64,000 bases of DNA, taken from assembly GCA_000002445.1 (NCBI GenBank), contig CP000069.1, positions 1,152,001-1,216,000 on the forward strand, given 5' to 3'. Position 1 is the stretch's first letter. Each line of letters begins with the position of its first letter. Below, in pieces: positions 54,538 through 64,000 of the stretch. Origin of the DNA: Trypanosoma brucei. Taxonomy: Eukaryota. The position numbers and the translations under genes were made by a program. The notes beneath the pieces are model-generated. The model did not search any database and was not told the origin of the DNA. It saw only the letters and a list, made by a program, of their open reading frames with translations.

Positions 54538-56325
54538 TCAAGAATCCTTCTTGCGTGGAGCGGATTTCATCCGCATCATTTCGATAACGCTACTGACAGC
54601 AGCAAACCACCCCCCATAGATGACGTTCGTTAGGCGTTCCACAAATGTAAAGGAAGCTTCACTAATGGGATATTGCAAAACGGGAGGAATAACAGTCTTC
54701 ACTCCTGGTATCCGGTCTGTGGTGGAAGCCCGAACAACACAGTTCCCACGCAGTCCCTCCACTCCCGCAAATCGATCAAACCCACTTATCTTTACTCCAC
54801 CAAAAGGAAGGGACTGACAAAGATAATTTATGCCAAAATCGTTCACGTTCGTCATGCCAGTTACAAGCTGATCCGCGATATGTTTTGCTCGTTCAATGTC
54901 ACTTGAAAAAACGCTAGACCCCAACCCATACTCACACGCGTTCACTAACTCTACGGCTTCGGCATCAGTCTTGAATTTCATCATCACAAGAACTGGACCA
55001 AAAACTTCTTCGCGGGCAATTGGCACAGAAGGAGTCACGTTCGTAAGAATTGTTGGAGGGAAGAAGCTAGTGCCACCTTTTCCACCACACACGAGAGTGG
55101 CCCCCGCATCAACGGAATCGTCAACAAGTTTCTGTATCTTCCGAACGGCATCCTCCCCCATAGTCATCGCTCCCAAGTCATAGAGGCCAACTGATGCCGG
55201 TCCTTGCGTAAGTGCCCGTACCCGCTTCTCCAGTATTGTCAGCAGCCGGTCATGGATAGACTCTTGCACGATAACGCGCTCCAAACCCACGCAGTTCTGC
55301 CCACAATTTTGAAAAGTTCCACGCATAATAATTGGCACTACATGTTCAAGGTCTGCATCGTCACAAACGATGGCGGGATCTTTCCCCCCCAGTTCCAGTA
55401 CGACAGGTGTAAGTGTCTGAGCCGCGCTCCGCATCACAATTTTCCCCACAGCTGGGGAACCAATAAAAGTTAATTTGTCCACTGAATTTACTAGAGCCTC
55501 ACCTGTTTCGGCAAAGCCAACCACAAATGACACAAGGTGAGGAGAGTAACCGAGTTCCTTTATCCCCTCCTGTACGATAGACAGATAATACGACGCGTAG
55601 TAAGAAGAGTATTCAGATATTTTGCCTACAAACGCATTACCCGCGAAGAGCGCAGATATCATCGGACCATATATGTTGTGAAACGGATAGTTCCACGAAA
55701 CGATTGCACCCATAACCCCAAACGGAACGTAATTCACCGCTGCCCGCTTGTGGAAAGTAATGAGGCCCACGTCCCGAACTTCCTCAGCCAGTGCCTCTTC
55801 ACCGTGCGCGGCCGTCCAACGCAGCTTCTCAAGTGTTGTGAGTATCTCGCCAAGTGAACCGTCCATCATTGTTTTTCCGCATTCTACACTGGTAGTTTCG
55901 CAGATGAGAGCTTGATTTTCCAAAATGTACTCCATCAAACTATACAATAACTGCCGCCGTGTTGAAAAGGAAGTTTTCGCCCACTCGCGCTGAGCCACAC
56001 GAGCGCGGGCAACGGCCTCCTGCACTTCCGCCGGTGAGTTGACAGTCACCAAACCAATCTGTGTGTTGGTTCCCTTATCGTAACAACATATGGTACCTGG
56101 GGGGCCGGCACGAGGTGTGAGGGGTTGAGTAGACGGTTGATTATCAAACTTAACCTGTGGTGGGGGCACACTGATGTGCGGAGCATAATACCGGTCCTTG
56201 GCATGAAGTAGTGATGTGTACAGAGCATGGAGTAGACCGAATTTGCTCTCAAGAAACAAAAAGAAGAAAAGGCAACAGAGACCGCCGCCGGAAAAAGGAT
56301 CCAGTAAGGCAGATACACCTTCCAT
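54538..56325 (-). CDS. Aldehyde dehydrogenase family protein (595 aa) with an N-terminal extension of about 75 aa that contains a hydrophobic segment.
   Basis: ATG at 56323-56325. ALDH catalytic motifs: ELGGKDPAIV (general-base Glu) and FQNCGQNCVGLERV (nucleophile Cys). Rossmann GSPAVG. N-terminus LCCLFFFLFLESKFGLLHALY is hydrophobic. Confidence 0.85.
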   Translation of the reverse strand: MEGVSALLDPFSGGGLCCLFFFLFLESKFGLLHALYTSLLHAKDRYYAPHISVPPPQVKFDNQPSTQPLTPRAGPPGTICCYDKGTNTQIGLVTVNSPAEVQEAVARARVAQREWAKTSFSTRRQLLYSLMEYILENQALICETTSVECGKTMMDGSLGEILTTLEKLRWTAAHGEEALAEEVRDVGLITFHKRAAVNYVPFGVMGAIVSWNYPFHNIYGPMISALFAGNAFVGKISEYSSYYASYYLSIVQEGIKELGYSPHLVSFVVGFAETGEALVNSVDKLTFIGSPAVGKIVMRSAAQTLTPVVLELGGKDPAIVCDDADLEHVVPIIMRGTFQNCGQNCVGLERVIVQESIHDRLLTILEKRVRALTQGPASVGLYDLGAMTMGEDAVRKIQKLVDDSVDAGATLVCGGKGGTSFFPPTILTNVTPSVPIAREEVFGPVLVMMKFKTDAEAVELVNACEYGLGSSVFSSDIERAKHIADQLVTGMTNVNDFGINYLCQSLPFGGVKISGFDRFAGVEGLRGNCVVRASTTDRIPGVKTVIPPVLQYPISEASFTFVERLTNVIYGGWFAAVSSVIEMMRMKSAPRKKDS

Positions 56326-57783
56326 TGCTCTCCCCGCTTGTACTGTGTCACCGGCACCACGATGAAGTCTTTATTTTTTTTCTTTGTGTCCCCAACTAAC
56401 ACGTTTGTTTTTGTACGTGCAACGGGAACTAATTTGTCCCAATCGGTGACTCCTCCCGTTAATATATGCCGAACAAAGACGTATTGGCTATTTTCCAAAT
56501 AAACTTGCGAAGGGGGCAAGAAGAAAAAAAACACAAGAGAAAAAGTGCAAACAAGTTTTGAAAAGAGCCAGAATTCCACACAGTCGGTGAAAGTCAAGCA
56601 ATTAGGAAGCAGGAAACCCCGATAATTGCAAAAAATTACTGGGAGAACGTTACCACAACACTCAAAATGACCAAAGCAACCAGCCCGAAACACACCAATA
56701 GAAAACGACAATTTTCTGAGAAACAAGTTGCGACCTCAAATGCTAAGGCAGTTCACCTGCACAGCGTCATAACAGCCCCCACAACCGCCCCAAAACGCAA
56801 GCAAGTGCGTCGCGTACCTCACGAAACAAAAAAAAACACAACCAAACAGTCCTGATGCCGCCCGATAGACAAAGCGGGAAGCTACACGAGTTTTGGGGTC
56901 CTCCAAAGCGCCTAACCACTGTATAACAAGGCATTCGGAACAAAGCGGGAGATGTTCCGTGTTTTTTCCTCGCGATTTTTTCCCAAACGCAAACACATAT
57001 AGGCTAGAGTGGTTTCCTTTTAATCGCGCCTTCCTCTATCTTCGCCACAGACATCAGTTTCCCAAACACACACACACAAACCAAAATGTCAACACACGCC
57101 CAATCTGCAGGTAACATCACCGGTATCACACACACTTTAACACGCGCAAACGCGAAACACAGACCATAGAGAATAAATAAACAAATAGAGGCCAGCGTCA
57201 GATTTGCGAACCCAACAGTAGGGGGCCAAGAGCCATAGAAACAGCAGGTCACACCGCACCTCTTTCGCAGAGCCATCGTAAGCGATGGAGAGAAATAATC
57301 AACAAAAGATGAAAAAAAAAAAGAAGACAATGAAAACCAGGACTCGTTGCACTCCGGAAAGAATAAGTGGTTTAAAAACAAGAAGAATGTGAAGAAGAAG
57401 AAGAACGGTCGTTTCTACCGTTCCTGCACTTGCCTTCCACGTGCTTATACATTTACTCGCTGCAACTACAATTAGCAAAACAAAAAGGGAGGCACCCGCT
57501 ATTTGTGCAGTGACTTCGGCGCCTTACCACACGTAGAATCACATACCTTTCGTTGCTGTGGCAACCACCTCCTTTCGCTTATGGATGTTACACGTGCTTT
57601 TATGACTTCTCCTAACACTTTTTTCTCTTTAAATCGACCCCTTACGTGTCCGTGAATGCACTCACTACGCATTGTTATGAGCATACGGGTCTTTTACCTT
57701 AGTTTCATTGCCTTACATTTCTTCCTCCCATCTCCCTCTGGGATGTCACTGTAGTATATAGAGTCTTAATCAACTAGTCGGAG

Positions 57784-58923
57784 TTACTGATAGTGCTGAA
57801 TCTCTTTCCATATATTCCTCCGCAGTTGTGCCTCGGATATCTCCGCATGCAAGTCAAACGAGAAATCAACCTTCTCAGGAATTGTGCATTTGGACTCGCC
57901 TTCGGCGCCAACATCAGAGAAAAAAGGATGACGCAACGCCTCTGCCGCTGTGATGCGAGTGTTTGGATCAAATGCAAGGAGCTTTGTGACTAAATCAATC
58001 CCCTCCCGTGGCATGGTGGACATCACGCTTGATATCGGCCGGCGACCTTGGTATTTTCTCACAATCTCATTCATGAAGGTCGTAGTTCCCGGACACGACC
58101 CACGTGCAAAGTCCCAATTCGTCACAGCAACACTAGAAACTACCAACTGCATTTGATGGATGTAATCGCGACCCCCAAATAGGGGACGTTTCAGCACAAA
58201 CTCACAAATGATGCAGCCTATCGCCCATAAGTCAATAGGAAGGCTATACCGACACATAAGCAATAGCTCGGGAGGACGATACCAACGCGTGACTACGTAA
58301 TCCGTGAGATCAACTGGTTCCTGTAAGTCCAGCACCCCAGCACGCGCGAGACCGAAGTCACAAACTACGGCATTTTCATTCTCCGCATCATCATTTAATA
58401 AAATGTTACTTGGTTTAAGGTCACGGTGTATAATCCCCATGAAGTGCATATCGGCGATACACCGGAGGACACGGACCATGATCCTCTGTAGCGCCTTTAT
58501 GTCCACTGTTTTTGTCGCATGAATGGCTGAGTGAAGATCCGTATCATATAAGTCTGTGACAATGTATAAATCCCGGAAACTGCTGATCCTTTGCCGTGGA
58601 GGCAAAATCCGTGTTAGATTCAGGATGTTGCGGCAGCGGTGTTCCCTCAGCAGACGGTGAATAACGATTTCGCGCCAAATGCGGCGGCCGTCAATCAAGT
58701 CCTCAAAAACATGACCCACACGCTTAATCGCCACATCACGGAAATTGGTATTATCGAACGCTGAGCAAACAACGCCATAAGCTCCATAACCCACGACCGA
58801 CGTTAAAGTGTATCGGTTCTCAACCTCAAACGTCTGTTCGCGAACGCGGTACGTTCTCCACCCCCTCTCTGTGGTAAGCAGATGTACATTGTTGTTGTTT
58901 GAGGAGCCATTTGCTGTTACCAT
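57784..58923 (-). CDS. Mitogen-activated protein kinase, TDY activation-loop type (379 aa from the first ATG).
   Basis: The listed start at 58992 is TTG. ATG is at 58921-58923 (MVTANGSSNNNN...). Kinase motifs: GYGAYGVV (G-loop), AIKR, HRDLKPSNILL, DFGLAR, TDYVVTRWYRPPE (T-D-Y plus the MAPK APE region), and the CD-domain-like C-terminus. Confidence 0.9.
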   Translation of the reverse strand: MVTANGSSNNNNVHLLTTERGWRTYRVREQTFEVENRYTLTSVVGYGAYGVVCSAFDNTNFRDVAIKRVGHVFEDLIDGRRIWREIVIHRLLREHRCRNILNLTRILPPRQRISSFRDLYIVTDLYDTDLHSAIHATKTVDIKALQRIMVRVLRCIADMHFMGIIHRDLKPSNILLNDDAENENAVVCDFGLARAGVLDLQEPVDLTDYVVTRWYRPPELLLMCRYSLPIDLWAIGCIICEFVLKRPLFGGRDYIHQMQLVVSSVAVTNWDFARGSCPGTTTFMNEIVRKYQGRRPISSVMSTMPREGIDLVTKLLAFDPNTRITAAEALRHPFFSDVGAEGESKCTIPEKVDFSFDLHAEISEAQLRRNIWKEIQHYQ

Positions 58924-59433
58924 TACACGCGCTAACACAGGAGTAAACAAACAGAAAAAATCAAACACGCAGCAAACCTGTACCTCACCCAAATATGTAT
59001 TAGTCGACGCCCTACCACACCTCGCCTCACTCTAACTGCGCAATATTGATTCACCTTCAGACGGGGCAGTCCTTTCGTTAAAAAAAATTAATATATGCTT
59101 GTCTGTAAATATATATGAAAAGGATAAACCCCTACAAAATAATAAAACAGTGTAAAAGAGGGATGAAAGATACAGGTTAGCAGTTTATTACATATATTCG
59201 CATATACACATAAACATGTATCACCTTGTCCAGAGGAAAGGAGAAACTGTTTCAACTTGTGAGCATTCCCCTTCCCTTCATGAAGTTTACAACACATATT
59301 AGGTCCACACGCAGCCCAGAAAGAGTGGCACCTTTGGGGTCATGCAAGAACCATTTACAGTATATTAGTATAAGAATAACGACGTTATAAAGATGCTCGT
59401 CAAGGCGTAGTGGAAAAAAAAAGCGACATAAAG

Positions 59434-60936
59434 TCACGACCGGTACCTTTCTAAGGAGGCAAATCGCCGGTAGTCTCCCCTCGGAGACAGAGGCTGCCCA
59501 GCACCTCCTGCGCTCCTCTGCGACGAGAAGAGCATTGGAAACTCAGAATGGGCAGCATTTCCATGAGCAGCCGTAATAGACCTAATCCTTGACAGAAGAT
59601 TGTCGAGCTCTTGCTCCTGATGTGCATGGGGAGTTTCAACAGCTCTGCTGAAAACTTTTTCCTGAGATCCGTGACATGGTGTGGCACCCCTAAGTCTTTC
59701 GCATTCCTGCAGTGCGACGTCTCGTTCTTCAGTCCTTCTTCTAAGCTCTCTCTGCCATTCTAGTTCTCGACACTGGAACTCTCTTACCCTCCCTAGGTTC
59801 CCCTCGCTGGTTTCAACCAAGCACCTTTGTAGCTCACTTAATTTGGCCTGCATAGCTGATAACTCACGTTGAGTTGCCACCACCGTCCGTTCCCCCACCC
59901 AGTTTTCATTCCCCTTGGAGTTCTGCGAGTCAAGCCCGCCAGTACCTTCGCAAAAGAGCGACTCAGCGCGCTCACTTGTTGCCACGGGAGTAGTTGCCGC
60001 TAGACTCTCCGCCAGAGACAAGTTTTTCTTCTCTTCCTCTGCACGCCGTTCCGCCGCTCTAAATCTATGGATTGTGTCTTCCGCTTCTTCCAGTTTCTTT
60101 CTGAGTTGATTCACTTCACACTGCGATTCCTCTAATCTGCGGGCAACACTTTGTGTATCGCTAACTGTCTCCGCTTCAGCAGAGCTAACAACCACAGCAG
60201 TATCATTATCTTCCACACCTTTCAACGAAGGAGCTGAGGGATGCACCACCTCCACTGCTACGGGCGGTGTCGCATGTGCCGATGACTCCTCCTCAACGTG
60301 TAACTCGGTTGAAACAGCACCGACAGCGGAAGAAAATTCCCTCACAGCGTCGCGTATAGCCATCGCCTCGTTCAGCAACGACATCTCCCGCTCGGTTGTG
60401 TGAAGTCCACTTAAAAGCACCCATATGTTTGAACACACAGAACCCAGCATGGAGGCAACCAGTGAGGTAGACAGTTGCTCAACCGCAACGATTGTCACCA
60501 TTCGTCGCTCATGCCTCAGCGAAACTAAAAAAATTTGTTCCATGTCATTTGCAGTGGAGAGCAGAGAAGGCATCGACTCACTATCAAAAAGTTTGCACAC
60601 CACGGATCCCTCCTCGGAGGCAAACATCATACACTGCAGTGGCACATCTATGGAGAACAGTGGCTGAGGGATCATATCGATGAGGCAAGCGATCATAATC
60701 TCCTTGAAGCGCCCCACACCTGCGATTACGTGCAGGTGATGGGGGAAGTTCGGTCCTTCTCGAATACAGCGGGCAATGGCAGCAGCTACGCAATGGGGCG
60801 TGCAGTGGTTCATGACAGAGTCAACACGATTCGCGTTGTCTCCCAACACCGCTCTCAGCAAACTTTCTGACCCGCACTCTGTTTCGCATCCGTACTGCTG
60901 CGGAAAGAAGCAGGCAGCAACGTTACAGCGGCTCAT
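59434..60936 (-). CDS. Hypothetical protein (500 aa): Cys-rich N-terminal globular region plus a C-terminal coiled coil.
   Basis: ATG at 60934-60936. Coiled coil ESQCEVNQLRKKLEEAEDTIHRFRAAERRAEEEKKNL and QRELSAMQAKLSELQRCL. Confidence 0.55.
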   Translation of the reverse strand: MSRCNVAACFFPQQYGCETECGSESLLRAVLGDNANRVDSVMNHCTPHCVAAAIARCIREGPNFPHHLHVIAGVGRFKEIMIACLIDMIPQPLFSIDVPLQCMMFASEEGSVVCKLFDSESMPSLLSTANDMEQIFLVSLRHERRMVTIVAVEQLSTSLVASMLGSVCSNIWVLLSGLHTTEREMSLLNEAMAIRDAVREFSSAVGAVSTELHVEEESSAHATPPVAVEVVHPSAPSLKGVEDNDTAVVVSSAEAETVSDTQSVARRLEESQCEVNQLRKKLEEAEDTIHRFRAAERRAEEEKKNLSLAESLAATTPVATSERAESLFCEGTGGLDSQNSKGNENWVGERTVVATQRELSAMQAKLSELQRCLVETSEGNLGRVREFQCRELEWQRELRRRTEERDVALQECERLRGATPCHGSQEKVFSRAVETPHAHQEQELDNLLSRIRSITAAHGNAAHSEFPMLFSSQRSAGGAGQPLSPRGDYRRFASLERYRS

Positions 60937-61252
60937 CCTACTGAGTAAAGAACCCTACGTAGCCTAAAAACAGCAGGTACAGTGGAAAGTGTATGTTTCT
61001 GTTCATAGTTGGAAAAAAAAAACACTGCAGTGTCATGTCCCAGTTTCTGTAACATCAACGAAAGGAAAGAACACATAGAGGGAAACGAAGACATCCCCAG
61101 ACGAGACGGGAGGCTGCACTATCATGTGCGTTCTTCCCTCACTACCCAGACCAAGTATTTGTCAAGGGCAAGCAATGACTAGAGCGTAACCTGCGCCCTC
61201 TCAAGCCACACACACGACAATACGGAAGCGTAACGATGGCACTTGAAGCGCT

Positions 61253-61816
61253 TCACCTCACGTCCAGAAAATACATATGATCCGGTGGAGGCCCCAGGAA
61301 GGCTTTCCAGAGAGAGTCTTTTAGAGCAGTCATCAATTCTTCCTTAAAGGTGTCCGTCTGTAGACCGTCTAAGGCGGCATCCCCAAGGAAACGCAAGACG
61401 GGAGTAGGATATACTTGAGGATCTGCAATGACATCTCTCCCAATATCCTTTGCCATACTAACGAGTTCATCCGCCACCCATGAATCACAAATAAGGTCCT
61501 CAACGACAAATTTCCGTAGAGCCCGTACGGTCTGCTCATTTGCAGTGAATTCGGTGATCGCGTAGGCCTTCAGATGATTTATAAATGACGGGTGCGTACT
61601 CACATCCTTTACGAAGCTGACAAGCCGTCCGAGTGAATCTTCATTACGAACAAGAACGTTGTCAACCACTTCACTAGAAAGCGCTACTGCTGCTAGACGT
61701 AAAAGTTCCCTATTCTTCTCAGCTTGCTGTCCCAACACTTCCCACCGCTTGCGCAACAGACCTGCAGCACCGAAAACACCAACAGAAGAAAGGGCCAACT
61801 TCATCAGTGAAACCAT
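61253..61816 (-). CDS. Hypothetical protein (187 aa) with an N-terminal hydrophobic anchor. Possibly mitochondrial inner membrane.
   Basis: ATG at 61814-61816. N-terminus MVSLMKLALSSVGVFGAAGLLRKRW is a TM/anchor-like segment. The rest is a soluble helical domain. Confidence 0.45.
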   Translation of the reverse strand: MVSLMKLALSSVGVFGAAGLLRKRWEVLGQQAEKNRELLRLAAVALSSEVVDNVLVRNEDSLGRLVSFVKDVSTHPSFINHLKAYAITEFTANEQTVRALRKFVVEDLICDSWVADELVSMAKDIGRDVIADPQVYPTPVLRFLGDAALDGLQTDTFKEELMTALKDSLWKAFLGPPPDHMYFLDVR

Positions 61817-62156
61817 CGCAGCAGTAAAGGAGGCGACCCTTCACAGGCCTGTCCCTTGACGCGATATCAAGTAAGTCACGTGCGAACAGGAGAGGAAATA
61901 GAGAAAAAGGAGTGAAAAAAATGAAACAGAAAAGCAATAAACACATATGTATACGAATGTCCATACGGACGATTGAGCGGCAACATGGCACGGCAACGTG
62001 TAGACACCGCGACAATTTTTTTTCTGTTCACGCTTGGTCCTCCTTCGACACAGAGCTACGGCGGCGTAACACCAACTAGTCGATGAGGGGGGGAAGAAGA
62101 AAAAGAAAAGCATCCGCCATTCCCGAGCAAATGGCTACACGCCGACACACGAACAT

Positions 62157-62867
62157 CTACACTTTTTGTGGCACACCGATGCTAAACGCATGGAAATTCT
62201 TCGGGTTGTAATCTCCGCTCCTAAACAGCACGCCGCCAGCGGCGGAGCCGTAGTAAGATGCCCATACTGTCGTTTCCGCCTTTCCTAACGAGCCCTTCTC
62301 GACGCAGCTGGCGCAATTATTATTAACACCATTACCAATACAAAAAGCATCAGACGAAAGGAGGCACTGGTTTCGTTCGCACGTGGGAAAGAAACCGGTA
62401 TCAGTTGGGTAGGAAGCATTACCCGCGTATGTGTATAGTCCCTGCTTCATGGAGAGATTAAGAATGAGAAATTTCGCAACCGCTAAACTGTCACTTTTGC
62501 ATTTATCCGATGTTGTTGCATACAAGACTGAGTTGGAAAGGTCCCCTGTACGATTTCCACTCTCACCCTGTCCGTATACACTGATCGTGTAACTGGATCC
62601 CACTGTTTTGTTTACTAGTGATGGAAACAATCCAGTCAGACGAAAAGCCTGCACTTCATCCACAATAGGGCAGAACCCCAAGGCACTGATATTACCGGAC
62701 GCCGAATCCCGCACACCAACACGGAGATCCATTCTCTGGGCACCGTTGCATGGTTTACCTCCATCCCACGGCTGACATGCGCTGCCGCTAGTGCAGTTAT
62801 TCGCTTCTGAAACCACTGCGGTGGTAGTGAAAACACACACAACAACAAGCACTTCAGCAAACCACAT
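62157..62867 (-). CDS. Secreted/surface cysteine-rich glycoprotein (236 aa) with a signal peptide. Tandem paralog of the next gene.
   Basis: ATG at 62865-62867. Signal peptide MWFAEVLVVVCVFTTTAVVSEA. 12 Cys. Many N-x-S/T sites. The C-terminal half is alignable to ORF 63539..64000 (GFFPTCERNQC...NCASC...VWASYYGS vs GFRPTCDESDHC...NCGAC...VWTSYQGT). Confidence 0.6.
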   Translation of the reverse strand: MWFAEVLVVVCVFTTTAVVSEANNCTSGSACQPWDGGKPCNGAQRMDLRVGVRDSASGNISALGFCPIVDEVQAFRLTGLFPSLVNKTVGSSYTISVYGQGESGNRTGDLSNSVLYATTSDKCKSDSLAVAKFLILNLSMKQGLYTYAGNASYPTDTGFFPTCERNQCLLSSDAFCIGNGVNNNCASCVEKGSLGKAETTVWASYYGSAAGGVLFRSGDYNPKNFHAFSIGVPQKV

Positions 62868-63538
62868 AACTGAGAGTAGCCAAGAAAAAGAAACTGTACG
62901 CGAAAGACGAAAAAGAAAACGGACATAAGTAAATCGATGAAAAGTACACAGTAGTAAACCCCGAGAGATAAGTATTTTCGTTTTTACAAAAAAAAAAACA
63001 GCAACGGGAGTTACTTCACCAAAAGGTGCAGGAAGCGGGAATGCACGACACGTAGCGAGACGAAAACTTCAACGTAGCCCCATCAGCCTCTCGGAAGGGG
63101 CACTGCCTAAACTCACACACGACAATAACCACGAAATAACAAAGGTGAAAAAAAAAAACGCACACAATCCTCATCACAGTTCTCCTACCCAGAAACAATT
63201 GCAGTCACATTCACACACGAAGAAAATGCAGATCCTCCCCAGACAAATACACACACACACACACACACGTCGTCAGGGGCCTATAACACAAACAACACCG
63301 CATCACTGCGCATATTCCTCTCCCTACACCAGTGTTGCATATCTTGCACGAACGAAAGGTGAGTTTTGCTAGTTTCAAAAAAGCTTCTATAAACAACACT
63401 ATGCAAAGATTTCGCTTAAAAAAAGTTCGCCCATGAGCACGTACATTCTTGGACTAAGCAATAGGATATCAACACCACCGAAAGTGGAAACAGGACTAGT
63501 TAGGACAAGCAAACGTGTGTGCACATCATTCCACATTT

Positions 63539-64000
63539 CTATGGAGTCGAGTTTGTTTCATCTCCCGGCATCATACCACTGGCAGTATTCTCAATTTTGC
63601 TCACAGCATACTTAATATTGCCAACAAACTTGCCGCCGGCAAATTTCCTGAAACCCATTGGATCCATACCACCACTGAGCAGCGGCTGCCTCTCGAGGTC
63701 CGTCCCTTGGTATGAAGTCCATACCTGAATGCTCGCCCCCTCAATATCATCAGGGGTATTATAACAAGCTCCGCAATTTTTCATCCCACGGATGGGGCCA
63801 ACACATGGACTTGTGGGTGAGAAAATACAATGGTCCGACTCGTCACATGTAGGACGGAATCCTACCATCGCCGGTTGCACAGATTCCATCGGTGAGCCGG
63901 TGCCTGAGGAATTCCCTGAAGGAATACCCGATTCACTGTCGTCTGGCTCCTTGGTGTCTGCGTCACTTGAAATGTAATTGAACTTCCCATCGTGCATCCC
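63539..64000 (-). CDS. Partial (5' end truncated by the window edge) paralog of the cysteine-rich secreted protein at 62157..62867.
   Basis: The ORF is open to the window end. Conserved Cys spacing and the shared GF.PTC / NC.AC / VW.SY.G motifs match the upstream neighbour. Confidence 0.55.
   Translation of the reverse strand, partial: GMHDGKFNYISSDADTKEPDDSESGIPSGNSSGTGSPMESVQPAMVGFRPTCDESDHCIFSPTSPCVGPIRGMKNCGACYNTPDDIEGASIQVWTSYQGTDLERQPLLSGGMDPMGFRKFAGGKFVGNIKYAVSKIENTASGMMPGDETNSTP

Noticed and set aside
56046-56726. 226-aa minus ORF overlapping the ALDH 5' end
   Set aside because: It is out of frame with, and overlaps, the well-supported ALDH start region. It is hydrophobic and low-complexity.
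1-64000. Prokaryotic-style systems (operons, CRISPR, defence islands, insertion sequences)
   Set aside because: The sequence is eukaryotic (kinetoplastid). There are no direct-repeat/spacer arrays, no terminal inverted repeats or transposase-like ORFs, and no Shine-Dalgarno-style organisation.

Overview
This window reads as a nuclear chromosome segment from a kinetoplastid, most likely Trypanosoma and T. brucei-like. The basis is: intron-less genes, every credible gene on the minus strand (one polycistronic transcription unit read right to left), purine-rich tracts on the plus strand upstream of each gene (polypyrimidine tracts plus AG trans-splice acceptor candidates in the mRNA sense), abundant (TA)n microsatellites, and typical kinetoplastid gene content (CCCH zinc finger, PPR-like, SGT, divergent HSP60, TDY MAP kinase).

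I call about 36 protein-coding genes. The ones with a recognisable product are:
- a divergent mitochondrial HSP60/Cpn60 paralog
- an aldehyde dehydrogenase
- a MAP kinase
- an SGT co-chaperone
- a TBC Rab-GAP
- a TPT/nucleotide-sugar transporter
- an LRR (RNI-like) protein
- an SH3-domain protein
- a single CCCH zinc-finger protein
- a BSD-domain protein
- a FUN14 protein
- a PPR-like helical-repeat protein
- a pseudo-superoxide-dismutase (SOD fold with metal ligands substituted)
- a 52-aa TMA7 homolog that is missing from the ORF track
- two tandem paralogous cysteine-rich secreted proteins at the right edge.
The rest are hypothetical proteins.

I found no rRNA, tRNA, SL RNA, snRNA, CRISPR array or mobile element.

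Coordinate convention: minus-strand CDS coordinates include the stop codon at the low end, as in the supplied track. Many ORF-track 'M' starts are actually TTG/GTG codons, so I moved those starts to the first real ATG. No program or database search was run, so every product assignment is from motif recognition by eye.
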